Shown piece after piece: positions 42,066-53,911 of a stretch of DNA of 64,000 nt. The notes beneath the pieces are model-generated. The model saw only the letters and a program-made list of their open reading frames with translations. It was not told the origin of the DNA and searched no databases. Made by a program: the position numbers and the translations under genes. This DNA is from Octopus vulgaris (Eukaryota). How positions within the stretch are numbered: the first letter of the stretch is position 1; the number at the start of each line of letters is the position of its first letter. The stretch lies in assembly GCA_951406725.2 (NCBI GenBank), contig OX597816.1, forward strand, positions 116,994,001 through 117,058,000. The letters are read 5' to 3'.

Positions 42066-43887
42066 ATGGAACAAATGACAATAGAAGCATCATTAAAGGA
42101 TAAACCGATTCCACCAAAAGATGTATATCTAAAAGAAGTGATTGCAAAATTAACAAACTTCACCCACCGTTTACGATGGAAAGCTTTATTCTACGATAAA
42201 AATAACCAGAGATTACTTATCACAATAGCAAAGGCTTTTCCGAAGGAATTTTCAAAACTAGAAAAACACGCCCACCAAACAGCCACCTGGACGCCTTTGA
42301 GAACGAACTATGGGATACTATTAAGAACTTAACATTTAAACGACATCCACTAAGGAATAATACTTACCAAAGAAGCTTAAAGGACCGACTACACAAACTG
42401 AAATCGCAAAAGGGAATTATTGTACAGTCTGACAAGACCAGGAACTCATATAATTTGGATATTAATTAATACTACCAGCTGTTGCATAAAGAAATGACTA
42501 AAAAATACAAAATAGTGCCTTATAACACTTTAAGATCTTTGAACTTATCCGCCAAGAAGATTATGACCACCAACAACATAGAAGAGAAAACTGAACCTTT
42601 CGCACCCTCCAGACCCTGCATAACAATTAAGGACCATAAAGAAAATGTCTTAACAGATATGAAAGTTAGACTAATCCGCCCTAATAAATCAGATCTATGT
42701 AAGCTAAGTAAATTAATCTTAGATAAATATATTCCTACTATAAAAAACAAAATCACTCTAGAATTAAGGTCAAATACCCACGACGTCCTTAATTGGTTCT
42801 CCAATATACAGAATAAAAATAGTTATAAGAATTACAACTCATCAATTAACCCTACGATTCTAAATAGCGTTCTGATGTTCGCAAAAAAACATGCCAAATT
42901 AACAATGAATGAAATTAAGGTGATCATAGAAGCTAGGAAATCTATAATAAAATTCGATAACAAACTATGGGTAAGGAAGGACACCCCTAATTATTCCGAC
43001 ATCATTATGGGGGTCCCGGACTCAGCACAGGTATCTGATTTAGGGGGTATTTACCTATTATCACATTTACACGAAGAATTCCCAGAGGTTAGAGGAGGCC
43101 TTTACAGAGACGATGCATTATTTATCCTTAAAAATACCTCAAATAGGAGACTTGAACTACAAAAGAAAAAATTATATAAGTTCTTTAAACAGTTTGGATT
43201 AACCATCACGATAGGAAAAGAGCATAACTCTATTAACTATTTAGATGCCAATTGTAATTTAACCACTGAATTACATGAGCTGTACGTTAAACCGAATACC
43301 AACTTCAAACACCTAAATAACAGTAAAAAGAATAACAGTAAAAAGCACAACAACCAATCGATTGATATATTAAATGATCCCCAAAATAACTCGCCCTCTA
43401 AAAATTCGGAAAACCACCTTATAATAATCTTCCCACCATATCATAGGCACAGATAATCTTATTAATCTATGTAGTTGCAGAGATAAAAATACTTGTGAAT
43501 TCTTGAATAAATGTAAAACTAAAAGTATAATCTACCAATGTGATGTATTCTCTAATAATTACAAGAAAAACTTATATAGGAGCAACTAAAAATGAAATGA
43601 AACTTAGATATAATTCCCATCGCTCAAGTTTAAGAAATAGAAGTAAGGCTAACTCTACCGGATTAAGTAGTTACATCTGGGAACTGAAAGGCAATAACAT
43701 TAATTATATATTAGAATGGCGTATCCTGGCCAAAATATCTTCATATAACCTTTAAAATAATCTCTGCAATTTATGCATAAATTAGAAATTCTTCATTTTA
43801 ATGACCAAATCAGAATTACTTAATAAACGAGACGATAAAAATACATGTTTACATAAAGGTAAATCCTTATTCACTAAATACCACTAA
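42066..43887 (+). pseudogene. Penelope-like retroelement ORF (RT + Cys linker + GIY-YIG), frameshifted and internally deleted
   Basis: SLKDKPIP..RLRWKALF; SDKTRN; ITIKDHKEN..RLIRPNKSDL; IMGVPDSAQVSDLGGIYLL; GGLYRDD; INYLD; CSCRDKNTCEFLNKC..IIYQC; YIG..R..H..STGLSSYIWELK; CNLC; LLNKRD..TCLH. Confidence 0.93.
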
Positions 43888-44224
43888 TACCTACATTACA
43901 GGTTATTAGCTGACCTGCCTAACATCTGATTACCTCCCCTAACCACAGAACATAATCTAACATCACATCACAATTAAATTAAATTAGCCCGATTAACTGA
44001 ATTATCTTTAATCCACGACATATAATTCTCTATAATATATTCACTTTAAAGTTAGATGGTTGACTAACATACCAATTGCTAGGGCGGCCACTAACATAAA
44101 CATGATTAAACGAGCGATTTTTCTTATCCTAGCCGACTTATTAATTTTAATTATATTAACGAGTAGACAGCCTGCGCCACACATATGTTATTTTTTTTTG
44201 TTTATATATTTATTATTATACCTT

Positions 44225-44760
44225 TTACGTAACCCAAGGTCAATAACAAGAAAGATAGACGGCATGATAAGCATTGACTATTGGAGTCGTCTAAAAAACA
44301 CAATCCCTACTCTCTCCAACGCCGCCGGGAGCGCTACATCATTTGTGTGATGTGGAAAACATCCCATCAATATTGCACAAATGATGTTGGCATCAATTTT
44401 AAAATCCACCCAAGACTCGGCTTCCGTGCTATCCGCCCACTACAAAAATCGAACTCAAGACACATAACAACATTACGACACAACTACTTTACCTCAACCA
44501 GTCCATCTCTCTTTAATATTATACCAAAATACGTCAAAACGAAAACGGACCCCATAAAATTCAAAAGTTCTCTGGACAATTTTCTCAAAAATATTCCGGA
44601 CCCATCTCCTACACCTGCAAAGGTCTCCAACAATAATAAATCTTTGCTAGGGTGGGCCATGGTGCCTCATATATGAGTAAAAGACTTCACCAAGTGGTAC
44701 TATTAAGTTAGACATGGTATGGGCCTATACTGGTCAAAACCTATCAAAGTTATATCAAAA
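44225..44760 (+). mobile_element. CR1/L2-group LINE 3' end
   Basis: KIDGM..DYWSRLK(frameshift)YSLQRRRERYII..WK..HPRLG..TTLRHNYF..PSLFNIIP..FKSSLDNFLKNIPD. Confidence 0.85.
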
Positions 44761-45002
44761 TTATTAATTGTAGTATTTTATATATAAATATGGATAGAAA
44801 ATGAAATTAATACACTTGTCAATGTTCACATACATTCACATACTTCCCTTGTACACGCACACACATACACTCACACAGAGTTGAAACGCTGTTTGATTCT
44901 TCTTTTCAGCGTTGACTGTTCACCATCCCACCAGATTGCTATCACTCCTTCCTTTCTCATTCATATGTTGTGACAGAGAAAAACACAAGAGTATTATTAT
45001 AG

Positions 45003-45068
<66 letters not shown>

Positions 45069-45087
45069 TACATATATATGTGTGTGT

Positions 45088-45226
45088 AGTTCAAATTTTC
45101 AAAGAGCAAAAGATGAAGACATATATATATATAAATATATATATATAACGTAGTGTAAGCAAACTTATTTTTGTTTTTGGAAGTGTGGAATGTGTTTCGT
45201 AATATACAGACAACAAAGATGAAGAC

Positions 45227-45286
<60 letters not shown>

Positions 45287-45600
45287 CGTAGTGTAAGCAA
45301 ACTTATTTTTGTTTTTGAATACTGTTGCATTCCAAAGAAGCTTTGATATTTAGCATTTAACTTGACAGGTATTGTTGTCAGCAGGGATATTTAGCATTTA
45401 ACTTGACAGGTATTGTTGTCAGCAGGCAGTTTAGCTTAATGGCAGAGTACTCAGTTGGTACCTGAGTGGTGTGGGTTCGAGTTCAGTGGGTGTCGGCTAA
45501 CAACCTTTTCCATCTTATAAGGGTAAAATACTCAATCTTTCTGCTGTTTACATGGTTATACTGGTTTCGAAATATTACTTTCCTGTCTGTATAATATATA
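45088..45600. mobile_element. Composite repeat: duplicated PLE-like terminus (minus), 41-bp tandem duplication and tRNA-like sequence
   Basis: 45105-45180 repeated at 45214-45317; 45345-45385 repeated at 45386-45426; terminus resembles 49703-49737. Confidence 0.55.
45425..45495 (+). pseudogene. tRNA-like pseudogene or SINE head (anticodon loop TTGGTAC, GGT)
   Basis: A box tagcttaatggcagag, anticodon stem ctcag/ctgag, B box ggttcgagttc; acceptor stem poor. Confidence 0.55.
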
Positions 45601-46134
45601 TATAAATGTTCGTGTTTGTTTAGTAAAAACCTCAAAATGTGCACATGTCATTATTTGGCTACTACATGTTATCTTACAGTAGGGTATATTCCAGAGCTGA
45701 ATACACATGTGGAACTCCTCCTTGCATAAGATTAATACAAGAATAATCTAACATGAGGATAGGGGATGTCAGGCTTTAATAGTAGGTCACGACGTTTGTT
45801 TCTGCACTGCAGGGCAGCTTAAAGTTGCTGAGTTTATATTCATATACCATTATAGAAGCACATTCTTTATGATATAGCTGAATATTTTCTTCACTATTAT
45901 ATAATTGATATCCTCTATCCCCATGTTATATTATTCTTATATATTTTTATATATACATATAGCATAGTTTATATAATATACATGTATGTGTGTGTGTGTA
46001 CACATGTATACATATGTATGTGTGTGAGTATGCTTCTATGCATATATATATTTGCATGTATTCATGTTTATATATTCTTGTATAAGTAGGCACATGTGCT
46101 TAAGTACAAGAGCTCAAGATCAGCAACTCTCATC

Positions 46135-46179
<45 letters not shown>

Positions 46180-46182
<3 letters not shown>

Positions 46183-46405
46183 CTTTACTACCCACAAGGG
46201 GCTAAACACAGACGGGACAAACAAGGTCAGACAAACGGATTAAGTCGATTATATCGACCCCAGTGTGTAACTGGTACTTAATTTATCGACCCCGAAAGGA
46301 TGAAAGGCAAAGTCGACCTCGGCGGAATTTGAACTCGGAACGTGACGACAGACGAAATACAGCTACGCATTTCGCCCGGCGTGCTAACGTTTCTGCCAGC
46401 TCACC
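46180..46405 (-). mobile_element. SINE family B, full-length young copy
   Basis: Minus-strand head ggtgagctggcagaaacgttagcacg..gttcaaattccgccgagg; CpGs retained; TA flanks. Confidence 0.92.
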
Positions 46406-46410
46406 TTTTT

Positions 46411-46579
<169 letters not shown>

Positions 46580-47354
46580 TATAATCAATCTCCTTGCTCC
46601 ATTTCACTGTTTCTTCCTAATAGTTTTTCTGGGCTATTTTGCTTTACAACATCTTCAATTGAAGTGATTTTGTCTGAAAACGAATAATCCAAGAAAAACC
46701 TGGATACACATAAACACAGGCATCAGTGTAATTAACAATGCTCGTGGCTATCTCAATATTGCACCTGTCTTCAGGTGTAGCTTTGAATAACAAAAAAAAA
46801 TGTTACAATACTTTCAAGATTGTTTTCAAAAATACATTTCCAAACAAGAATATATAAAACAAGCCCTTAGCCTAAACAAGTTTATTTGTTGCTTGAGAAT
46901 GTTTCAAAGAGTTACTATATTAGACTATATATGCTGCAGAAATTTCCTAATTTAAAATACAAACATACACACATAACATATACAGAACACCTCTCCATTA
47001 ATTACTTAATATTACAGATTATTATACATGGAGTGTTACAGTATTGGAAGTATTTTTGTATGTATGCGCACACATATATGTGTGTGGGAGGGGGTACATA
47101 TATGTATGTAAGCATATATATATATGCATATATGTGTGTGTATTATATATATATACCTGCTTATACATACACATGTATATGTATATATTTATGTATATAT
47201 GCACATATATTTATGTACATGTTAATATGTACATAATATATATGATATATATAAGTATGTATATATACATACCTATATGTGTTTACACATATATATATAT
47301 ATAAATACACACATACATAAATATATGCACACATATAAGTATATATGTATAAGA

Positions 47355-47392
<38 letters not shown>

Positions 47393-47682
47393 GCATATGT
47401 ATATAGATATAAATATAAGTATATGTGTGTATATGTGTGTGTGTGTATTTTTACTTTTGATTCTTTTCAAACAACTTGCAAACGCAAGTACTACCAGTTG
47501 TATATGTATGTCTTTTATATGTTGCATATATAGTTTCTTTATTCATTTATGCTATTACTGATTTCAGCTAGAGGCTGAAGCCATGCTGGAGCACCACCTT
47601 TCAGTGTTTTGGGTCTCCTTTTGGTACTGCTTTTGGTGAAGATACATACATACATACATATATATGTATATATATATATATA

Positions 47683-48037
47683 CAGGGTGCAATCAGTAAG
47701 TTGTCACCATTTTATATTTTTAATTTCGTTCATGCGCACTGTTTGTTTTTGATTTTGTTGACTACACAGTATAGTAGGGTCAGTTAGGCATCAGTTGTGA
47801 GAAAAACAGCACCATGATGCAATTCACTCTGCCAGAAATTTGGAAATGACATATTGTACTGCTTGGCATTCATGCTGGAAGCTCCAATGCAAGCATTTCA
47901 GAGTGCTTAGGTGTCAATCTGAGGACATGTAGCAAGATATTTTTATGCAATTTTGGTAAATATATCTGTTAAAATTAGATGTCACTGTTATTTTCATTTT
48001 TGCATAATTTAGACAACAGTTTATTCACCGCACCCTG
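47683..48037. mobile_element. Non-autonomous Tc1/mariner-superfamily element
   Basis: TA|CAGGGTGC.. and ..GCACCCTG|TA termini with further imperfect TIR (taagttgtc / gacaacagttta). Confidence 0.82.
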
Positions 48038-48235
48038 TATGTCTATATATATATATATTATATATATATATATTGTATACATATATATCTTATATATATT
48101 GTATATATATATATATTATATATATTGTATATATATATATATTATATATATTATATATATATATATATTATATATATATTATATATATATTATATGTATG
48201 TATATATATATATATATATATACATACATACGTAC

Positions 48236-48657
48236 CTTATGCGTACCTTTCCTTCATTGGACACTGCTTGCGAAGACCTGTTGAGGCAAGTGAAATCAAA
48301 ATCAAATTCGATGACTGGCCTCCATGCTAGTGGAGCACTAAGAGCACCATCCGAGGGTGATCATTACCAGTGTCACCTTACTGGCACTTGTGCCGGTGTC
48401 CAGGTGACACGTTAAAAAAGACAAGATATTTTCGTGGCCATTGCCAGTACTGCCTGACTGGCCCTCGTGCCAATGGCATGTAAAAGCACCCACTACACTC
48501 TCAGAGTGGTTGGCGTTAGGAAGGGCATCCAGCTGTAGAAACTCTGCCAGATCAAGATTAAAGCCTGGAGCAGCCATCTGGTTCACCAGTCCTCAGTCAA
48601 ATCAGCCAACCCATGCTAGCATGGAAAGCGGACGTTAAACGGTGGTGATGATGATGA

Positions 48658-48660
<3 letters not shown>
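48236..48660 (+). mobile_element. Family C retroposon with (GAT)n tail
   Basis: Matches 21560-21997 and the reverse complement of 26832-27327. Confidence 0.88.
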
Positions 48661-48698
<38 letters not shown>

Positions 48699-48699
<1 letters not shown>

Positions 48700-49210
48700 T
48701 AACAGTATCGCCCGGCGTTGCTCGGGATTGTAAGGGAAATAACTATATAAGCATTTTTAGAGAGTTACTTCCCTTATAGATGCCAATTCGGGCTTTCTTA
48801 GCCATTTCTGTTTTGGTGTCTTCAAGCCATGAAGTCGTTGTTCTAAAAGAACGCTGGTCTCCTTGACAACGCTTTACGATGTTGATTTCCTTACACTCCC
48901 TTCCCCACAGCTTCACGAGGGTGGGAAGAAGGGGGAGAAGCACACAGGTGCAGGTGTGATCATGGACGCCAACTCCGCCGCCATCGACACACGAAAAAAT
49001 ATGCATTAAAATGGAATAAAAAATTATGTTAAATTATTTTTAAAATCGTAGACTCATCGTAGACGCGCGCTAAACCCAGACGAGCTCGATATGAATCACG
49101 ACTATAAGATACCCGAATTTGGTTAAACTGCACCGCAAAATGTGGGAGTAGTTAGGAATCTAAATCAAAGGGGACAGACACTCACACAACTACAGTTTTA
49201 TATATATAGA
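48699..49210 (-). mobile_element. Non-autonomous Helitron
   Basis: Minus strand: 5' A|TCTATATATATAAAA; subterminal hairpin CCCG-agcaacgc-CGGG; 3' end TTAG|T (CTRR-like); no TSD. Confidence 0.78.
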
Positions 49211-49240
49211 TATGTATGTGTGTGTGTATATATATATAGT

Positions 49241-49454
49241 GGAGGCGCAATGGCTCAGTGGTTAGGGCAGTAGACTCACAGTCATAGGATCACGTTTTTG
49301 ATTCCCAGACCGGGCATTGTGAGTGTTTATTGAGCAAAAACACGTAAAGCTCCACAAGGCTCCGGCAGGGCTGGTGGTGAACCCTGCTGTACTCTTTTAC
49401 CACAACTTTCTTTCACTATTTCTATATATATATATGTATACCTATATATGTATA

Positions 49455-49491
<37 letters not shown>

Positions 49492-49737
49492 TGAGTATAT
49501 ATGTATGTGTTTGTCTGTATGTGTGCCTGTCTGTCTGTATGTATGTGTGTACGGACCGCTAGCCACTAAAGCTTTTTTTTATTCTCTCTATGTTTATTTT
49601 CTTGTGTTCCTTTCTGTTGAAGAGTGTATGCTCGAAACATAAAAGACTTTCTCACCTACCTGAGCATTAAACTAATACACCTGTTTGTTGTTGTTTACAC
49701 ACCTGTCTTCATCTTTTGTTTTTTGTAAATTCCAACT
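49241..49737 (+). mobile_element. tRNA-headed SINE with central microsatellite and HHR-bearing, PLE-like tail
   Basis: Head ggaggcgcaatggctcagtggttagggcag..gattcccagacc; TA/TG middle; tail contains a minimal HHR and a tgtcttcatcttttg..aact terminus. Confidence 0.7.
49610..49645 (+). ncRNA. Minimal hammerhead-like motif (A6>U)
   Basis: CUUU-CUGUUGA-A-GAGU-guau-GCUC-GAAAC-AUA|AAAG. Confidence 0.6.
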
Positions 49738-49747
49738 ATATATATAT

Positions 49748-52700
49748 AATGTTCGTCCTTCGGGTTCGAAGATGATCATTGACATCATTTGGTGGAATTG
49801 CTGCTATGAGACCGGAGGTGGCTGGTGAGGCCAATCCGGGCAAGAAAGCCCCTCCCACAGGTGGGGCAGAAGTGGGTAGGGGCTGTGCTATTGGTGCAGG
49901 TGGCTCTGGCTTTCTGCATCTGGCGTTTCTGTTCTGCTGACTGAATCCGTCTCTCCTCGGCTGTCTTTGCTCCTGTGGTGATTGCGCTGCGCCAGGATGA
50001 GCGGTTGGCAGCAAGTGTCTCCCAAGTCTCTGTGCCGATGTAAAAGTCTTTGAGAGAGACTTTGAGACTGTCCTTGAAGCGCTTCTTCTGCCCTCCGACT
50101 TTGCGTTTGCCCTGGCTGAGTTCACCGTAGAAGAGCTGTTTTGGGATGCGAGTGTCAGACATGCGGGAGACGTGGCCTGCCCATCTCAGCTAGGCAATGC
50201 ACATGATCGTGATGGTGCTAGGGAGATCTGCCTGCTTCAGAACTTCCGTGTCTGGGACTTTGTCCTGCCAGCGGATGTGAAGGAGTTTCCGAAGACACCT
50301 GAGGTGGAAGTGGTTTATCTGGCGCTCGTGCCTTCGGTAAGCAGTCCACGTCTTGCAGCCGTATAGTAGGGTGGTAAGCACGACTGCCCGGTAGACTTTC
50401 AGCTTGGTGTTGAGGCTGATTCCTCTCCGCTCCCAGACTTTCTTTCGCAGTCTCCCAAACGCGCTGCTTGCCTTGGAGATTCTGTTGATGATTTCAGCAT
50501 CTATGTTGGCATTGCAGGAGAGAGTGCTGCCCAGGTAGGTGAAGTTTTCCACCGCTCGTCGGATCCGTCCGTTCACCTTTATCTGAGGCTCATGGTATTG
50601 TTTACCCGGGGCTGGCTGAAACATCACTTTGGTTTTCTTGGCACTGATGGTGAGACCAACATTGTCACAGGCTGATGAGAACCTGTCCATCCCGAGCTGC
50701 ATCTCCTGCTCATCGATTGCGTTAAGGGCGCAGTCGTCAGCAAAGAGAAAGTCTCTGACGGCTGTCTCCCTCACCTTTGTGACGGCCTGCAATCTTCTGG
50801 TTGAAAAATTTCCCGTCCGTCCTGAACTTGATGTCGATACCGGACTTGCAGTCCCTGAAGGCGTCGGACAGCATTGCCGAGAACATGATGCTGAACAGTG
50901 TTGGGGCCAGGACACAGCCCTGCCTGACTCCGTTGGTCACCTGGAAGGCTTCAGATGAGTTGGACATTTTTTTTATGGCTCTGCTCACTTCCTCGACTGC
51001 AGGGGGAACAGCCGGCTCGTGGTTTGTCGGCACCTGGGGGGGGGGGGGGCGTGCGATGGCTTCCTCGTTGATCTGGGCTGGTCGGTTGAGCACGATGTTG
51101 AAATGCTCCGCCCATCTCTCCAGGATCAGCCTCTTGTTCGTCAGGATTGAGGTTCCATCCAAGTGAGGTTCCCGGGGGCTTGATCCAAAGGAGGACTGCG
51201 GTCCATAGACAGCTTTCAGCGCCTCGTAGAATTTCTTGGTGTTGTGTTTGTCTGCCTATCCCTGAATTTCATCCGCCTTGGCGCTTAACCATGCGTCTTG
51301 CATGAGGCGGAGTTTTGCCTGGACTGTGCTGCGAATGTTGTTGAAAGCAGCCTTCTTTGCCGTGCAGGTGGTGTCATTTTGGTGGGCCCGCAGCAGACGG
51401 CGTTTCTCTTCCAGGAGCTTTTGGATTTCCTGGTCGTTTTCGTCGAACCAGTCCTGGTGGTTCCTCATAACTTGGCCTAGAGTTTCAAGGGCAATGGAAT
51501 GAACCATGTCCCTGAATGATTCCCACTGCTTATCGATGCTGGACTGGTCATTCCGAATGTCCAACAGCTTGCTGTCCATACGTGACTGGAGATCTTGTGC
51601 AGTCAACTGGTTCTTTAATTTCGTGATGTTAAGCTTCCTCGTCACTTTCTGACCCTGTGGTCTTCTCTTAGGTTGGATGTAGAAATCCATCCTGGAGATG
51701 ATGAGGCGATGGTCCGTCCAGCAATCAGCTCCACACATGGCTTTGACCAGTCTCATGTCCCGCCTGTCTTTCGCCCTGACGATGACGTAATCTATCAGAT
51801 GCCAGTGTTTGGAGCGTGGATGCATCCATGATGTCTTGTTGCGTGTTGGCAGACGGAACAAGGTGTTGGCGATGGTAAGATCATGAGAGGCGCACGCCTA
51901 CAGGAGGAGCTGCCCGTTGTTGTTGCACTTTCCGATTCCTTGCTTTCCCAGTACGCGATGCCAGGCTTGGTGGTCAGTCCCGACACGGGTGTTAAAGTCC
52001 CCAAGGAGGATGTGCTTCCCAGGCTGGGCTGACGTGATGAGGGAGTCGAGTTCCTCATAGAACCTGTCCTTAACTTCTTCAGGGTTGGTCATGGTGGGGG
52101 CGTAAGCGCTGATGACGGTCGCACTAGTCTTGTTTCCAAGTGGGAGCTGCATCTTCATCAGCCGATCGTTGATACCCTCGGGGGAGCTTTCCAGTTTCCA
52201 CACGTATACTGACTTGATGGCAAAACCAACACCAGCCTCACGATGCTCTTCGCTGCTGCGACCACTCCATAAGAAAGTGTAGCCGCCGCCCGTCTCTGTC
52301 AGCTGGCCTTTATCCGCAAGGCGGGTCTCGCTCAGTGCTGCGATATCGACATTGTATCGGCTCAGTTCTCTGGCCACCAGGGCAGTTCGTCTCTCTGGTC
52401 TGTCCGCTTTGGTGTTGTCAAGCAGAGTTCTCACGTTCCAAGTTGCGAAAGTGAGCACCTTTGTTCGTTTTCTTTCTTTGTTTCGACCGCTTGGAAAGGA
52501 TCCCCGTCAGCCGCGGTTTGCTGACCAGGATGAGGTGAGGCAGGCTATGTTTAGGGCAACCTTTCTAGCCCCGTCCTCATGCTGCGGAGGCGAGCAGAGC
52601 GATCCTGAAGAGGGCTGCTCGGTCACTCAGGAGGCTGCCGGACTCCACTGCTGCCTCAGTTCAGTGAGGGGCGACCACATATCCTGAGCCGCCTGTGTGT

Positions 52701-53190
52701 GGGTTCATGACTGCAGCTCCCAGTGTATCCTCACCTGCTACTTCGCCGTTTCCCCATCGCCACAGGACTTTGTGATGTTGGTGTCATGATGTCATGACGT
52801 GCGCGTGACTTGGATTATAGTGAGGGTGACTTGCGCAGTATCAGCCTCACTCTCTCGTCCTGGTGCGCCGGATCCAGTGGCAAGACAAAGTCAAGACGGC
52901 TGGGGGTAGACCAGGATGCAGGAGCTGCCGGAAGGTGGCATGCATGGCGCAATCCAACTGCTTTAGGGGCTCCAGTCCGGATTTATGTAGGTTTTTGGAT
53001 GGCCATTGACTCATGAGAGAGTTCCTCTGCCCTTTGACAGGTTTTGTTTTTAGTCCTGCTGGATATCCAACTCACCCTCCTCACCAAGAAATTTTGGTGG
53101 GGTTGCCAGTTTAGTCACCAACGACCCGACCATGTAACAGGTTGTACTGGGTTACATGTTACCAGTAGCTCCAAGCGGAGACCTGACACA
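49748..53190 (-). mobile_element. RTE-clade LINE with 5' UTR, APE endonuclease, internally deleted RT and C-terminal C2H2 finger
   Basis: TWNVRTL, ALSETR, GVGFAI, SAYAPT, LGDFN, IDY, TDH (APE); GVRQGCVLAP.LF, LFADD, FTYLGS (RT); CPTCGR..HLRSH; frameshifts and stops; inserted in (TA)n. Confidence 0.96.
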
Positions 53191-53289
53191 ATATATATAT
53201 ACATATACAAGCACACATATATATATGTATATGTATATGTATATATATATACATATACAAGCACACATATATTATTTATATTTTTGTAA

Positions 53290-53575
53290 AGATGCTTGAC
53301 TCAGTGGTTAAAGCATCAGGCTTACAATTGTAAGATTGTGAGTTCTATTCCCAGACTGAGATGTGTGTAATGTTCTTGAGCAAGACACTTTAGTTCATAT
53401 TGTTCCTGTTCACTCAGCTGTGAGAAGACTTATCCATTTATAGGTACAACTAACTTTTGCCAGTTGAGTAGACTGGAGCAACGTGAAAATAGAGTGTCTT
53501 GCTCAAATATGCAATGTGCCACAGAGAATCGAACTCGTGACCTTACAATCATGAGCCGAATACCCTAACCATTAA
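53290..53575. mobile_element. Inverted (tail-to-tail) pair of family-D-like SINE heads; duplicated at 55070-55355
   Basis: Plus head gactcagtggttaaagc..tgttcttgagcaagacacttta..cactcagctg faces minus head cagttgagtagactggagcaacgtgaaa..gtgtcttgctcaa..atcgaactc. Confidence 0.75.
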
Positions 53576-53911
53576 AATGCAAGCTCACCCTTATTTCTAT
53601 CACAAGGCTTTTATCAACCGAAATATATTGTACAATACTCTAATCCAAAATGCTGCATGTAATAGGCTTGAACCTAATACCTCACTAGTCTGAAACAGAT
53701 TCTTAAACATCTGGTCATACTTGCATTGTATTTTACAAGAATGCTTCCAGACACAGTCACTTAGTGATATGAAGATCACTGACTTTTCTGTATATTATCA
53801 TTGAGTAAAGATGGAATTGGTTCAAGTATTAATAGCATTTACTCTGGTTATTGCCTCCAACATAAAACACACATTGAAATGTTCTTGTGTCTCTGTGTTT
53901 AGATGTCCTTC

